A stretch of 64,000 nucleotides of DNA from a virus. Taxonomy: Duplodnaviria; Caudoviricetes. This document shows positions 17,695-27,166 of this stretch, piece by piece; position 1 is the first letter of the stretch, and each line of letters begins with the position of its first letter. The position numbers and the translations under genes were made by a program. Where the stretch lies: IMG/VR virus record IMGVR_UViG_645058824_000001, positions 18,138 to 82,137 of that record; one strand, 5' to 3'. The notes beneath the pieces are model-generated. The model saw only the letters and a list, made by a program, of their open reading frames with translations. It was not told the DNA's origin and did not search any database.

Positions 17695-19242
17695 TCAGAA
17701 ACGTCTGATCAGGCGAAGGCTGGTGGCATACAGGCCGGTCCCGTCGAGGGCGGACGACCCGCCGAGATCGCCGAACGTCGGCCCGTTCGGCGTCTTCCTG
17801 CTGTTGATGAAGCGTGGGTGGCCGGCCTGGTCGACGCCGAGGTAGATCCCGTTGTGGTCCAACTGCCCGGCCACCGGGTCGGATGTGTCGGCGTCGAAGT
17901 GCGGCACGTCCCCGATCTGCATCGCCGCCATCGACGGCACACTCCCAGTGGCCTGGGCGACGATGATTCCCGGACCGTTCGGCCCGATGTTCTTCGTCTG
18001 CCGGGGCAGGTTGAGGCCGTCGAAGTTCGCATCACGCACCATGGGAATGCCCATGTGGAAGCCGTAGATCATGCGGACGAAGCCGCTGCAGTCCAGGCTG
18101 CGGAGCTCGCTCGCCTTCGCCGCCTGCGTCTCCCCGTTCGGAAAGACCCAGTCGACGCCGATGTAGTCGTGAAAGTCGGCGCCCTCAATCCGGGTCCCGT
18201 CCACGTCGTCCGGCCCGTACAGCGACTCCCCCGCCACCTGCCGACCAGCCAGAGCCGGACTCGTCACAGCCGGGGCACCGGTGATGTACATCATCGCGTA
18301 AGCCAGCACGTCGGGACTGGAGTCGACCGCCCACCGGCGGATCTGATCCGCCAGCGCCGGAGTCCACGTGCCGTCGAACGGCTGAGCAAGGACCCGCACC
18401 CACGTGTTGTGCGTGATGACCGGCGGGTCCGGCCACGTACCGGAGTACAGCTGAATGTCGTGCACCCGGAAGTTGAACGGGACAGAGGTGTTGCCGGTGG
18501 CGGCGATACCGCGGACGCCGATCCGGCCGGCGCCGAGGGTGGCGTCGACCACCTCGTGCACCCATGTGGTCGGCTCCGCGGTGCCGTCCTTCCACGCACG
18601 GGTGCGGATCGTCGTCCCCGTGCGCTGGGCGCGGATGTGCCAGACGTCGCCGACCGCGTAGCCGGTGCCAAGCTGGACGGCCGCGCCGGGCGTGGTGGTG
18701 CCGCTGTCGGTCTGGCACTCCAGGACGAGCTGCACGGCGCCGCTGGTGAGAACGGACAGACGGGCCCGGTACTGGCTTGTCGAGGACGTGTATGCGAACG
18801 ACAGGGCGAGGCTGACCGCGTTGCCGGTGGGCATCTTGTCCAGCGACCACGACAGGCGCGCGTCCAGGTCGGTGATGTTGTCCTGCACTGAGGTGTGCCG
18901 GGATGCGTTCACCGCCGTCATGTTGATGATGCCCGCGCTGCCCGACACCGAATAGTTGGCGTCGACGCCGTTGGAGTTGGACCAGGTGCCGCCCGCGGGC
19001 GAGACACCCCAGCCGTTGCTCGTGATTCGGTCGAAGCCGTCGACGAACGGCCGCTTCTGCTCCGTGAACGTCCGCTGCGGCCCCCGCATCGTGACGGTGC
19101 GCGCCCCGACCGTCAGCGTCGCCAGGACGCCCTGCGTGTCGGAGACTTGCAGCCGGTTCGGCCCGGTGAGGGCCTGGGTGGTGAGCGTGGCGGGCGGCGG
19201 CTGGTACAGCATCAGCCCGTCATCGACGGTGAGGACCGCCAT
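17695..19242 (-). CDS. Virion-type protein: beta-sandwich/lectin-like region plus C-terminal NlpC/P60 peptidase
   Basis: SLDCSGFVRMIYG and LDHNGIYLG catalytic motifs; Thr/Gly-rich beta domain. Confidence 0.8.
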   Translation of the reverse strand: MAVLTVDDGLMLYQPPPATLTTQALTGPNRLQVSDTQGVLATLTVGARTVTMRGPQRTFTEQKRPFVDGFDRITSNGWGVSPAGGTWSNSNGVDANYSVSGSAGIINMTAVNASRHTSVQDNITDLDARLSWSLDKMPTGNAVSLALSFAYTSSTSQYRARLSVLTSGAVQLVLECQTDSGTTTPGAAVQLGTGYAVGDVWHIRAQRTGTTIRTRAWKDGTAEPTTWVHEVVDATLGAGRIGVRGIAATGNTSVPFNFRVHDIQLYSGTWPDPPVITHNTWVRVLAQPFDGTWTPALADQIRRWAVDSSPDVLAYAMMYITGAPAVTSPALAGRQVAGESLYGPDDVDGTRIEGADFHDYIGVDWVFPNGETQAAKASELRSLDCSGFVRMIYGFHMGIPMVRDANFDGLNLPRQTKNIGPNGPGIIVAQATGSVPSMAAMQIGDVPHFDADTSDPVAGQLDHNGIYLGVDQAGHPRFINSRKTPNGPTFGDLGGSSALDGTGLYATSLRLIRRF

Positions 19243-20042
19243 CACGCCCCCTGGAAGTCGACCTGGATCGTGACCGCTGTCGGCGCCCCGGTGACGGAGC
19301 GGATCGCGACGGTGAGGCTGTCTCCCGCGGCGAAGCTGGCGTTCTGCACGGACGGCCCCGACAGCCACGTCGACGCGGTGGAGAGGCTCAGGTTCGTGGC
19401 GAGGAGATCGGACGCGTTCCGTTGCGCGTTGATCGTCGCCCCGGTACCGCCAACCCGATACCCGCGCACCCCGACCACCGTGCAGGCTTTCGGAGCCCGC
19501 CACACGACGTAGGAGACCGCACCCGCCGGCGCGGTGATGACCAGGCTCTTGCTCAGCGTCGTCGCTGCGGCCGGCAGGGTCAGGCTCGGAGCCGTCACCC
19601 CACCATCGGCCGCGACCGCGAATGTACCGGGCCCGTTGATCGGCCCGGTGACCGTGCCGCCTGCCTTCGGGAAGAACTTCCCGTCCGCGTAGGCACGGTC
19701 TCCGTGCGGGTCCGTGGCCTGCGCGTGAGCGGTGACCTTCGCGGTGGCGTCGGCTTCAGCGGCGGCCCGATCACCGTGCGGGTCCGACGCGACGACGTGC
19801 GCCTGCAGCGCCTCCTCGGCATGTGCCCGATCCCCGTGCGGATCCTGCGCGGCGACATGCTCGTCGACCACGGCCTGGGCTGCGGCCTGGACTCCGTCGA
19901 TCGTCGCCAGGCCGGACACGTCGCCGGTCTTCCCGTTCACGGAGGACACGAGGCCGGCGGACACGTGCACCGTCCGGGCCTGCTGCCCTGTCGTCACCTC
20001 GATCTCGTCGGTGAGCGCCTCACCCGTGACTTGGAGCCTCAC
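19242..20042 (-). CDS. Tail fibre-like protein with three HxxxxDPHGDRA repeats
   Basis: VSSVNGKTGDV motif; three DPHGDRA repeats. Confidence 0.7.
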   Translation of the reverse strand: MRLQVTGEALTDEIEVTTGQQARTVHVSAGLVSSVNGKTGDVSGLATIDGVQAAAQAVVDEHVAAQDPHGDRAHAEEALQAHVVASDPHGDRAAAEADATAKVTAHAQATDPHGDRAYADGKFFPKAGGTVTGPINGPGTFAVAADGGVTAPSLTLPAAATTLSKSLVITAPAGAVSYVVWRAPKACTVVGVRGYRVGGTGATINAQRNASDLLATNLSLSTASTWLSGPSVQNASFAAGDSLTVAIRSVTGAPTAVTIQVDFQGA

Positions 20043-21154
20043 CGGGTCACCTCCAGCGAGACGACCGCCCGCCCCTGCAGCAGCCGCACCACCGTACCGG
20101 CCTTGACGACCTCAAGATCCCACACGCCGTTCCGGGTGAGGGTCTCGGTGACGGACGCCGGGATGGCGAGGCGGATCGTGTCCCCGATGACCGTCAGATA
20201 GTCACCCAGGTCGAGAAGGAGATCGCCGTGCTCGGAGGCGGGCGCGGACCGGATCTGCGCCCGCACCGACCAGCCGTCCCACGTGAAACCCGACACGTCA
20301 GCGACACGATAGTTCTGCACGAACGTGGCGCCCTGCTCCAAGTGCAGATCGAGATGCCCTGCGGCCAACCCTGCCACCTCCGGAATCTCCGAGCTTGCCG
20401 CGTCCGCAGCGAGTGCTGCTTGCCCGGCGAGGGAGGCCGCGGCGTGCGCGGCCAGGGTGGGCGAGGCAACCAGGACGGTGTCCGCGGTGAGTGCGGCGGT
20501 AGCGTGCGCGGCCACCACAGCGGACACCGTCATCGCGGTCTCCGCAGTCAGGGCGGCATTCGCGTCGTGCACGGCCCCATCGGCGAGCGTGTTCACGTTG
20601 TCGTAGGCCGCGTAGTCCTCGACCCCGGCATCCCGGTACGCCCACAGGTCGAGGGCCGTGTCGTCGATGCTCGCCGCGATCCATGCCGGGGAGGCGAGCG
20701 TGCGCCGGTTCGTCCACGTGGTGCCGTCGGGGCTGGTGTCCCAGTAGACGTTGGTCCCGTCTTCCCGCAACCGCAGCCACAGGTGAGCGACCGGGTCGTA
20801 GGGGATCTCGACCGCGGCAGGGTCCCAGTAGTCGACGTTCGACATCATGCGCAGCATGCCGGTGACCGCGTTGTACTCGAAACCGAGGTTCGTGCCCGGC
20901 GTCGCACAGATGATCAGGAAATCGCAGGTGACGTTCGTACCGGTCGACGCGGCGGGGACTTTGGCCAACTTCAGGTAGACGGTGGCACCGGCGAACGTCC
21001 ACGCCCGGCCCGTCTGATAGCCCGCGTACAGGCCCACCTTGCAAGGGACGCGGGCTTCGCCGCCTGCCTCGTGGGCGCCCTCGTAGCTGTTACCCCACTC
21101 GGGGCCTATCTCCGAGTCGTTGAAGTTATCGACCAGATCCGAGAGGGAGGGCAT
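20039..21154 (-). CDS. Minor tail / fibre-associated protein (beta-rich N-terminus, BppU-like C-terminus)
   Basis: WLRLREDGTNVYWDTSPDG; C-terminal LEQGATF...AQIR...GVWDLEV. Confidence 0.65.
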   Translation of the reverse strand: MPSLSDLVDNFNDSEIGPEWGNSYEGAHEAGGEARVPCKVGLYAGYQTGRAWTFAGATVYLKLAKVPAASTGTNVTCDFLIICATPGTNLGFEYNAVTGMLRMMSNVDYWDPAAVEIPYDPVAHLWLRLREDGTNVYWDTSPDGTTWTNRRTLASPAWIAASIDDTALDLWAYRDAGVEDYAAYDNVNTLADGAVHDANAALTAETAMTVSAVVAAHATAALTADTVLVASPTLAAHAAASLAGQAALAADAASSEIPEVAGLAAGHLDLHLEQGATFVQNYRVADVSGFTWDGWSVRAQIRSAPASEHGDLLLDLGDYLTVIGDTIRLAIPASVTETLTRNGVWDLEVVKAGTVVRLLQGRAVVSLEVTR

Positions 21155-21677
21155 TTTGCATCCCCCTCTTCGCCGCTTGGTGCGCCTTCTGCCTTGCGTT
21201 CCTGCACTTGCGACAGAACCGGCTCCCCTTGTAGACGATCGTGTTCGCCTCGTCGTATGGGTGTCCGTGAGGGCAGTGAGTCTTGCCAGCGTTTACCTTC
21301 GGCTTATCGCCGCGCCTGATGTTGACCTGGCGCGTTACGGGGTCAAGGTGCCAGGGATTGACGCAGTGCCGCACCCGACAAAGATGATCTAGGTCCAGCC
21401 CTTCAGGTATGGCACCGATAAAGAACTCGTACATCACACGGTGGGCTGGCCGACTGCGCCCATCCCAACGGATCATCCCGTAGCCGGTTCCAGCTTTGGC
21501 GCCGATCCAGGGCCAGCACCCGCTAGCGTCTTCGCTGACGAACTTGAACAGTCGATCCTCGGGCGTGATCGGCTTGAGTGTGCCGTTCTTCCGCAGTCGC
21601 GAGTAACACGCTTCGCAGTAACCGCGGTGCTTGGCTGGCTTGTTGCAGCCGTCAAAGGCGCATGCAACACTCGTCAT
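21126..21677 (-). CDS. Free-standing HNH homing endonuclease
   Basis: CWPWIG...GYG...AHRVMYE...LDHLCRVRHCVNPWHL; THCPHGHPY; lower GC3. Confidence 0.9.
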   Translation of the reverse strand: MTSVACAFDGCNKPAKHRGYCEACYSRLRKNGTLKPITPEDRLFKFVSEDASGCWPWIGAKAGTGYGMIRWDGRSRPAHRVMYEFFIGAIPEGLDLDHLCRVRHCVNPWHLDPVTRQVNIRRGDKPKVNAGKTHCPHGHPYDEANTIVYKGSRFCRKCRNARQKAHQAAKRGMQNALPLGSGR

Positions 21678-21801
21678 ATCGGCGCTCCCAATCAGCGTCG
21701 GTCACCCCCGGGACGGTTGCCGCCGTCGCCGGGTTTACTTCACTCAATTCTACGAGTAACTGCCGCCCGATTCCGAGAAATTGTGGAGTCAGTTAAGTCA
21801 C

Positions 21802-22188
21802 CTAAGACAGTGACTGAGAGAGCGCCCCGGCGGAAAGCCTGAAATCGTCGCCGGCTGCGACGGTGCGGGATGCGGTGAGCGGTTCGTGCCAGAGCCGGAC
21901 CGGAGTTGCAGCGCTATCCCAGATCTCGATGCCTACGACTGTGACGGCGGGCATCCCGGTCCAGACGAGGTCCGCCGAGTTACTGGTGGCACCCGCGACT
22001 GCTGCGGCAACTACCAAGGTCTGGCGGGCATAGGAGCCGCCGACCACTTCGGTGCCGTTGGTGGCGTCGTCGCCGTTGATCGTCATGAGAGCGACCTTGA
22101 GCGGAGGAGTGGGGCGCGCCGGTGTTCCGACTCCGTTGATCCAGTCGAGCATCAGGTTCTCGGCTGTGTTGGTCAGGGACCCGGGCAT
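21802..22188 (-). CDS. Phage tail-fibre-associated protein
   Basis: ENLMLDW...EVVGGSYARQ...SRTVAAGDDFRL family motif. Confidence 0.7.
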   Translation of the reverse strand: MPGSLTNTAENLMLDWINGVGTPARPTPPLKVALMTINGDDATNGTEVVGGSYARQTLVVAAAVAGATSNSADLVWTGMPAVTVVGIEIWDSAATPVRLWHEPLTASRTVAAGDDFRLSAGALSQSLS

Positions 22189-22396
22189 GCGGCCCTCCTT
22201 CATGCTGAGGCGCCGCGGGGCGCGGGTTGGGTGTCCCGCCGCCCGGGACGGGTTGGGCGGCGGGACTGGGGGCGGCGACCGGTCCGCCCCGCACGGGGGT
22301 TGTTGTCCGCCCGGCCCCCACTAGACCGGGCGGACAAGGGGGCCGAGCGCGTGGCGCTACGAGGCCCGGCCTGCGCCGACCACCAGACGCAGGAGC

Positions 22397-22642
22397 TCAG
22401 GCGGCCCGGGGGGACCGCTGGGGCATCGGCCGGTACGACTCTGCGCGCGCCTGCACCTCGGGCAGTGCGTACATCGTCTTGTACTCGTGCCCTTGACCGG
22501 AGTATTCGCCGGGCCGGCCCTTGAAGCGGCGGATCTTCCCGCGGCGGGCCCATTGCCGTATGACAGAGCCGGGTACTCCGGTGGCGGCGACGGCTTCGTG
22601 CTCGAAGACGAGGTCTTCCGGGTACAGCTCGGTGACGTGCAC
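22397..22642 (-). CDS. Small HTH DNA-binding protein (possible late regulator)
   Basis: EAVAATGVPGSVIRQWARRGKI; sits before the late block. Confidence 0.65.
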   Translation of the reverse strand: MHVTELYPEDLVFEHEAVAATGVPGSVIRQWARRGKIRRFKGRPGEYSGQGHEYKTMYALPEVQARAESYRPMPQRSPRAA

Positions 22643-22664
22643 CGCTCACCCCCAGGCATGCAGA

Positions 22665-22690
22665 AAGCCCCCGGCGGAAGCTGGGGGCTT
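22665..22690 (-). terminator. Hairpin followed by a U-rich tail
   Basis: AAGCCCCCAGC-TTCC-GCCGGGGGCTTTCT on the minus strand. Confidence 0.55.
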
Positions 22691-22775
22691 AAGGAGTCTG
22701 CGGACACACTTGTGTTCCGGTGATGGCACTGTGACATACAACCGATCGGTAACGCAAGTGATCGTTGAGTGTTCG

Positions 22776-23426
22776 TTAGGCGGCGGCTCGGTCCGCAAGG
22801 GGCAGGTCGAGGACTTCGCTGCGTGCGTATTGGGTGGCGCAGCCGCGGCAGCGGACGCCGGGCGTGGACACGGTAATGCGGAGAACGGTCCCGCACGGGC
22901 AGGCGACGGCGATGGGCCGCTCGGGACGCTCGCCGGTGATCTGCCGCTCGCACTGCCGGGTCACGGACGTGATCTCGTGAAGGAAGTCGGCGAACGCGGG
23001 GTGTTCGGTGGCGGCCCATTCGAGGTTGATACGGAGGGCTTTGACGGCCTGGTCGCACTGCTGCTGTAGGTCGCCTTCCCACCTCGGGTGCCGCCAGCCG
23101 AGTTGTTCGTGCCAGTCGACGAGCCAGGTTTGCAGGATGGTGACGACGCCTCCGCGGGCCATGAGGGAGAGAGGTTCGAGACGGACGGGGAGGGGCGCGG
23201 TGCGGGACATGGTGACGACAGGGGCGTCGCTTCCCCGCCCGGGGGCGAGGCGGGTGGCGAGTTGGGCGTAGAGACCGCCGGGGCCGGGGAGTTGCCGCAG
23301 GGCGTGGTCGGCGCGGTCTTGGCAGAGCCGGCAGGCGACGCGCCCGAGTTCGTCGTGGCGGAGTTGTCTGCCGCAGAGGCAGGCGGGCCACTGGTAGCCG
23401 TCGTCGGGGGCGGGGTGGTCGTGCAT
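22776..23426 (-). CDS. Zn-binding phage protein (possible late transcription factor)
   Basis: CLC, CxxC, CPCG, CRGC; last early-region gene. Confidence 0.6.
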   Translation of the reverse strand: MHDHPAPDDGYQWPACLCGRQLRHDELGRVACRLCQDRADHALRQLPGPGGLYAQLATRLAPGRGSDAPVVTMSRTAPLPVRLEPLSLMARGGVVTILQTWLVDWHEQLGWRHPRWEGDLQQQCDQAVKALRINLEWAATEHPAFADFLHEITSVTRQCERQITGERPERPIAVACPCGTVLRITVSTPGVRCRGCATQYARSEVLDLPLADRAAA

Positions 23427-23569
23427 CGTGCGGCTCCTCGTGTGGTGCGGGAAGCGGGTGACGCTCAGGCCAATGCTGCACTAGCGGGTTGACAACGCCG
23501 GGCCAATGAACCCCCAGACACGCCTGCAGGCCCGTCACCGGATCGGCGCGGGCCCACAGGGCGGGATGG

Positions 23570-23854
23570 TCATCGGCGGTCTGCGGTCGCCCATCGCGTC
23601 CAGTCGGCGAGCCCGCGGGCGGCGGCTTTCTCTCGGGTGTCCTCGCGCCGGCTGCCGCCGGACGGGCCGAGAGCAGCGAGCCACCACGTCCACCCGTTCC
23701 GGCCCGTGGCGCTGGTGCCGCCGTAGGACGGGGCGACCACCACCAGCACCTCCCCGCTGTCGGTGACGACGTGCCAGCGGTGTGACTCGCGCCAGTCCGG
23801 GGCCTTCACCAGCACTGCGGCGTCGATGATGGCGCGGGCGCGACGGGCCGACAT
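23570..23854 (-). CDS. Hypothetical protein
   Basis: MSARRARAIIDAAVLVKAP... ORF. Confidence 0.6.
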   Translation of the reverse strand: MSARRARAIIDAAVLVKAPDWRESHRWHVVTDSGEVLVVVAPSYGGTSATGRNGWTWWLAALGPSGGSRREDTREKAAARGLADWTRWATADRR

Positions 23855-23865
23855 CGGGCGGGCGG

Positions 23866-24165
23866 TCACGGTGCCAGTCCTGCGAGCCGCTGGAGCATGG
23901 CCGTCTGGTCGCCGTGGCTGGTGACGAAGGCTCCGGTGGGCCCGTAGGCGGTGGTGCGTGTCGGCATGTGCCGCTGGCTGTGCCCGTCGGACGGGATCAG
24001 GAGAGATCCCCGGAATGCGGCGTCGTCCGGCTGGCTGCCCTTGTACAGACAGAGTCGCAGAACACCGAGGGAGTCGACACCGAGAACGAGCACGTGCCCG
24101 ACCGGTGTGGTGGAGTCCATCCCGGACCAGCGGATGTCCAGGCCGGCAAGTTTGATGGCGGTCAC
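23866..24165 (-). CDS. Hypothetical protein
   Basis: TAGGAG RBS. Confidence 0.65.
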   Translation of the reverse strand: MTAIKLAGLDIRWSGMDSTTPVGHVLVLGVDSLGVLRLCLYKGSQPDDAAFRGSLLIPSDGHSQRHMPTRTTAYGPTGAFVTSHGDQTAMLQRLAGLAP

Positions 24166-24256
24166 AGGGTGCTCCTAGCGGGTGTTGAGGCCGGGCAGGT
24201 CTGCCCAGCGGGGGGGTGGCCGCCCTCGACGGGAGGGCGGCCACCAGACAGCGGGG

Positions 24257-24748
24257 TCAGTCCTCCCAGCCGCGGGCGACATCCAGGGCGCGACGGATCG
24301 CGGAGGCGAGCGGCATCCGCTCCGAGTCCGGCAGCGTGATCGCCGCCCACTCGACGTCACCGTCGCCCGACGCGTCCCTCAGGACCACGACGGTGAACCC
24401 GCCACTGCCGTACTTGTCCGGGCCCATCGCGAGCCCGGACAAGCTCTCCAGCCACCACCCGACCCGGGGCATCTCGGTCCCGTCGGGCCAGTGCGGCTGG
24501 TGCTCCCACGACCCGGTGATCGGACCGGCTTCGAGCTTCTCGATCAGGGCGGGCAGGTCGGTGGTGGTGATCGCGGTCTCGACGGAGCGCGTCTTGCCTT
24601 GGGTGATGCGGAGGTACACCTCGGCGCGTCCCTTGTCCTCGCGGAGGCCGGCGGGGATGACGGTGAGCGTCACGTCGTCGACGGTGTGCTCCCACGGCTG
24701 TGGGGTGATCTCGGCGACGAGGCGGCCGAGCGCGTCACGGAAGTCCAT
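24257..24748 (-). CDS. Hypothetical protein
   Basis: TAGGAG RBS; GC3 bias. Confidence 0.65.
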   Translation of the reverse strand: MDFRDALGRLVAEITPQPWEHTVDDVTLTVIPAGLREDKGRAEVYLRITQGKTRSVETAITTTDLPALIEKLEAGPITGSWEHQPHWPDGTEMPRVGWWLESLSGLAMGPDKYGSGGFTVVVLRDASGDGDVEWAAITLPDSERMPLASAIRRALDVARGWED

Positions 24749-24765
24749 CGGGTTCTCCTAGCGGT

Positions 24766-25179
24766 TCAGGCGAGTTCGCGGGGCACGATGAGCAGCAGAC
24801 TGTCGGGCCGGTAGGTGGTGCAGCCGTCGACGGTCCACCAGCCGGAGTCGGCGCCGATCTGCCGGAGGCGCCCGTTGTGGGCGCACAGGTAGCAGTGGCG
24901 GGGGTCGAACGGGCGGGCGTCCACGGTCTGCGGCCGGCTGGCGTGGGAGAAGTACGACACCCACTGCGCCCGGTCCAGCGGGTTGAGGAGGTGGTCGTAG
25001 TGGGGCTGGATGGTGCCGATCACCGTGTCCCCGGCCCGCACTTCGGCGACCGGGGTGACGCGGACGTGGAGCGGGTCGAAGGCGTCGACGGGCGGGATGA
25101 TCGTGCGCCAGCCAGGAGACATGTCCTCACTGGGCGCGCGGACGATCACGCGGTGGAAGTCGACGGAGACGGCAGCCAT
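24766..25179 (-). CDS. Hypothetical protein
   Basis: GGAG RBS; GC3 bias. Confidence 0.65.
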   Translation of the reverse strand: MAAVSVDFHRVIVRAPSEDMSPGWRTIIPPVDAFDPLHVRVTPVAEVRAGDTVIGTIQPHYDHLLNPLDRAQWVSYFSHASRPQTVDARPFDPRHCYLCAHNGRLRQIGADSGWWTVDGCTTYRPDSLLLIVPRELA

Positions 25180-25469
25180 GTCAGGGCTCCTGGGGGGCGA
25201 GGGGGTGGGGTCAGCTGTTTCGGAGTCGGGTGGCGGCGATGCTGTACGCGTCGGCGAGGATGCTGCGGGCAGCCGGGCCGCCGATCTGGGCGGTGAGGCC
25301 GTCGAGGAGGCCAGCGTGTCCGCCGGTCAGGATGCGGTCGGCGAGAGCATCCAGGGACGCCGGAAGCAGGGCGGCGGGGCGGCTGGTGCGAAGCATTCGG
25401 GGTCCCCCTGGGTGCGGATGTGCGGTGGATCGGCGGGCCCGGCCGCGTCTGGCCGGGCCCTTGGGTGGG

Positions 25470-25691
25470 TCAGTCGGCGAGTCGAGCGGCCAGCGCACGC
25501 AGGTCGCCCATGGTGAGGCCGGTGCGGACGCCGTCGTCGTAGATGCCGTTCGTGGCCTCGACCATCAGGCGGTTGTCCGGCTCGTCGGCGTACACCTTCA
25601 GCACGTGGGCCAGTGCCTCCTCTGCGGTGGCGGGGGCGTCGCCGTACTGCTCCATCGCCTCGCGGCGGATGCGGTCCATGGCTCGGGACAT
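25470..25691 (-). CDS. Hypothetical protein
   Basis: GAGGAGG RBS; divergent from the RHH gene. Confidence 0.65.
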   Translation of the reverse strand: MSRAMDRIRREAMEQYGDAPATAEEALAHVLKVYADEPDNRLMVEATNGIYDDGVRTGLTMGDLRALAARLAD

Positions 25692-25708
25692 TGGGGCCTC
25701 CTCGGTTC

Positions 25709-25743
25709 GTGTATATGCACCGTACCCTCTGGTGCATATACAC
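25709..25743. promoter_or_regulatory. Palindromic operator
   Basis: Perfect 13-bp inverted repeat GTGTATATGCACC-N9-GGTGCATATACAC; extra half-site near 25767. Confidence 0.7.
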
Positions 25744-25792
25744 GGCAAGCTCTACGATGGAACTCATGCATATACATCCCTACGATGAGCCC

Positions 25793-26041
25793 ATGGCCAA
25801 GCAGAACACTGAGCGGCACACCCCACTCCGGCCGCTACGGATCCCCGACGACGAGTGGGAAGCCCTCGGGAAAGCAGTCGGCGAACGCAACCGCACCCGC
25901 CTCCTGCGCGAGTACATCCGCTGGCACCTCCGCTGGCCCGGCAACACCCAGCCCACCCGTGCACCCGAACAGATCGGCGGCCCCGGTATCAGCAAAAAGA
26001 CGACAGAGCAGGCCAACGATCAGGAGGAGCAGGATGGATGA
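25793..26041 (+). CDS. Ribbon-helix-helix DNA-binding protein
   Basis: TPLRPLRIPDDEWEAL...RTRLLREYIRW. Confidence 0.7.
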   Translation: MAKQNTERHTPLRPLRIPDDEWEALGKAVGERNRTRLLREYIRWHLRWPGNTQPTRAPEQIGGPGISKKTTEQANDQEEQDG

Positions 26042-26411
26042 CCTGGTGCGATGGCTGGACGAACAGCTCACCGAGGACGAGCGGATCGTGCGGGCGGCGA
26101 CGCCTGGACCGTGGGTGGCGAACAAACACGAGTACGGCGCTGAGGTTTACACCGAGGGTGGCGAAGGTGTGGCCCTCGACCACGACGCTGGCGGAGTCGG
26201 CTGGGACGACGCGGACTTCATCGCGGAGCATGATCCGACGCGGGCGCTGCGCGAGATCGACGCCAAACGGCGGCTGCTGGAGTGGCTAGAGCAGAAGAAT
26301 CAGTGGGCGCTCGATAACAACCTGTGGTCCTGGGACGACGAGGAAGCGCTGCGCTTGCTGGCTCTGCCCTACGCGGCCCGGCCCGGCTACAAGGAGTCGT
26401 GGCGCCCGTAG
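26034..26411 (+). CDS. DUF6221-like protein
   Basis: MDDLVRWLDEQL...HDPTRALREIDAKRRLL...LALPYAARPGYKESW. Confidence 0.75.
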   Translation: MDDLVRWLDEQLTEDERIVRAATPGPWVANKHEYGAEVYTEGGEGVALDHDAGGVGWDDADFIAEHDPTRALREIDAKRRLLEWLEQKNQWALDNNLWSWDDEEALRLLALPYAARPGYKESWRP

Positions 26412-26503
26412 CCCACCACTCGAAGCGCCCTGCTGGATGACTCTGGTGGGGCGCTTCGCCGATTCCGCCCCTACTCCCCCACCAGCCGCGTCACACTGCC
26501 GTT

Positions 26504-26698
26504 ATGGCGATCCGGGCGAGTATCCAGGCGGACACCGAGGACGAGTGCGTCGAGGGCCTGACCCAGCTGGTCGATGCGGGCTTCGTGCCGGTGATGATGC
26601 CCCGGTACATGACGGACGGCCGCTGGATGGCCCGCGCCGTACCCACACGGAAAGCACCGACCGCGGAAAGCGGCCGGGGCGCTGTTGCTGCTGGTTGA
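26504..26698 (+). CDS. Hypothetical protein
   Basis: Short ORF with phage-like composition. Confidence 0.5.
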   Translation: MAIRASIQADTEDECVEGLTQLVDAGFVPVMMPRYMTDGRWMARAVPTRKAPTAESGRGAVAAG

Positions 26699-27091
26699 TC
26701 AGGCGGCCATCCAGAGTGCGGCGACCGCGAGAGCGATGACGTGCACGGCCTGGTCGACGTGCGCCGCACCGCCGTGCTTGATGAACTCCTCCTGCCCGGT
26801 GTTCTCCATCCACCAGCGGATCGGCCACCTGCGGTCGATGAACGCGTGGGTTCCGCCGATCCAGGCGAGCGCTGTGACGCTCGGCCAGACGCCGGCGCTC
26901 TGGTCGAGGAGCACGGCTGCGAGCGCGAGGGCCACTCCGCATGCCGCGACGTGCGTTCCGGCGTGCACGAGGTTGGCCCGCCATCCGGCAGCCGAGCTGT
27001 CCGCCTTGTGCGCGGCCTGGTGGTCGGTCTGCAGCGGGTAGTCCGCGGCGAGGTGGGCGACGTACAGCAGGGCGAACAGCTCTGCGAACAT
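26699..27091 (-). CDS. DUF3307 membrane protein
   Basis: AHLAADYPLQ...THAFID...DQAVH. Confidence 0.8.
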   Translation of the reverse strand: MFAELFALLYVAHLAADYPLQTDHQAAHKADSSAAGWRANLVHAGTHVAACGVALALAAVLLDQSAGVWPSVTALAWIGGTHAFIDRRWPIRWWMENTGQEEFIKHGGAAHVDQAVHVIALAVAALWMAA

Positions 27092-27166
27092 GAGGGCTCC
27101 GGGTTCCGTGTCGGGGTTCGGGCGGGGGCGGCCGTGCGCCTGGCAGTGGACGGCCGCCCCGGCTGG

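Noticed and set aside
21690-21810. Group I intron around the HNH gene
   Set aside because: Both neighbouring genes appear complete and I could not identify P/Q/R/S core elements; a free-standing HNH fits better.
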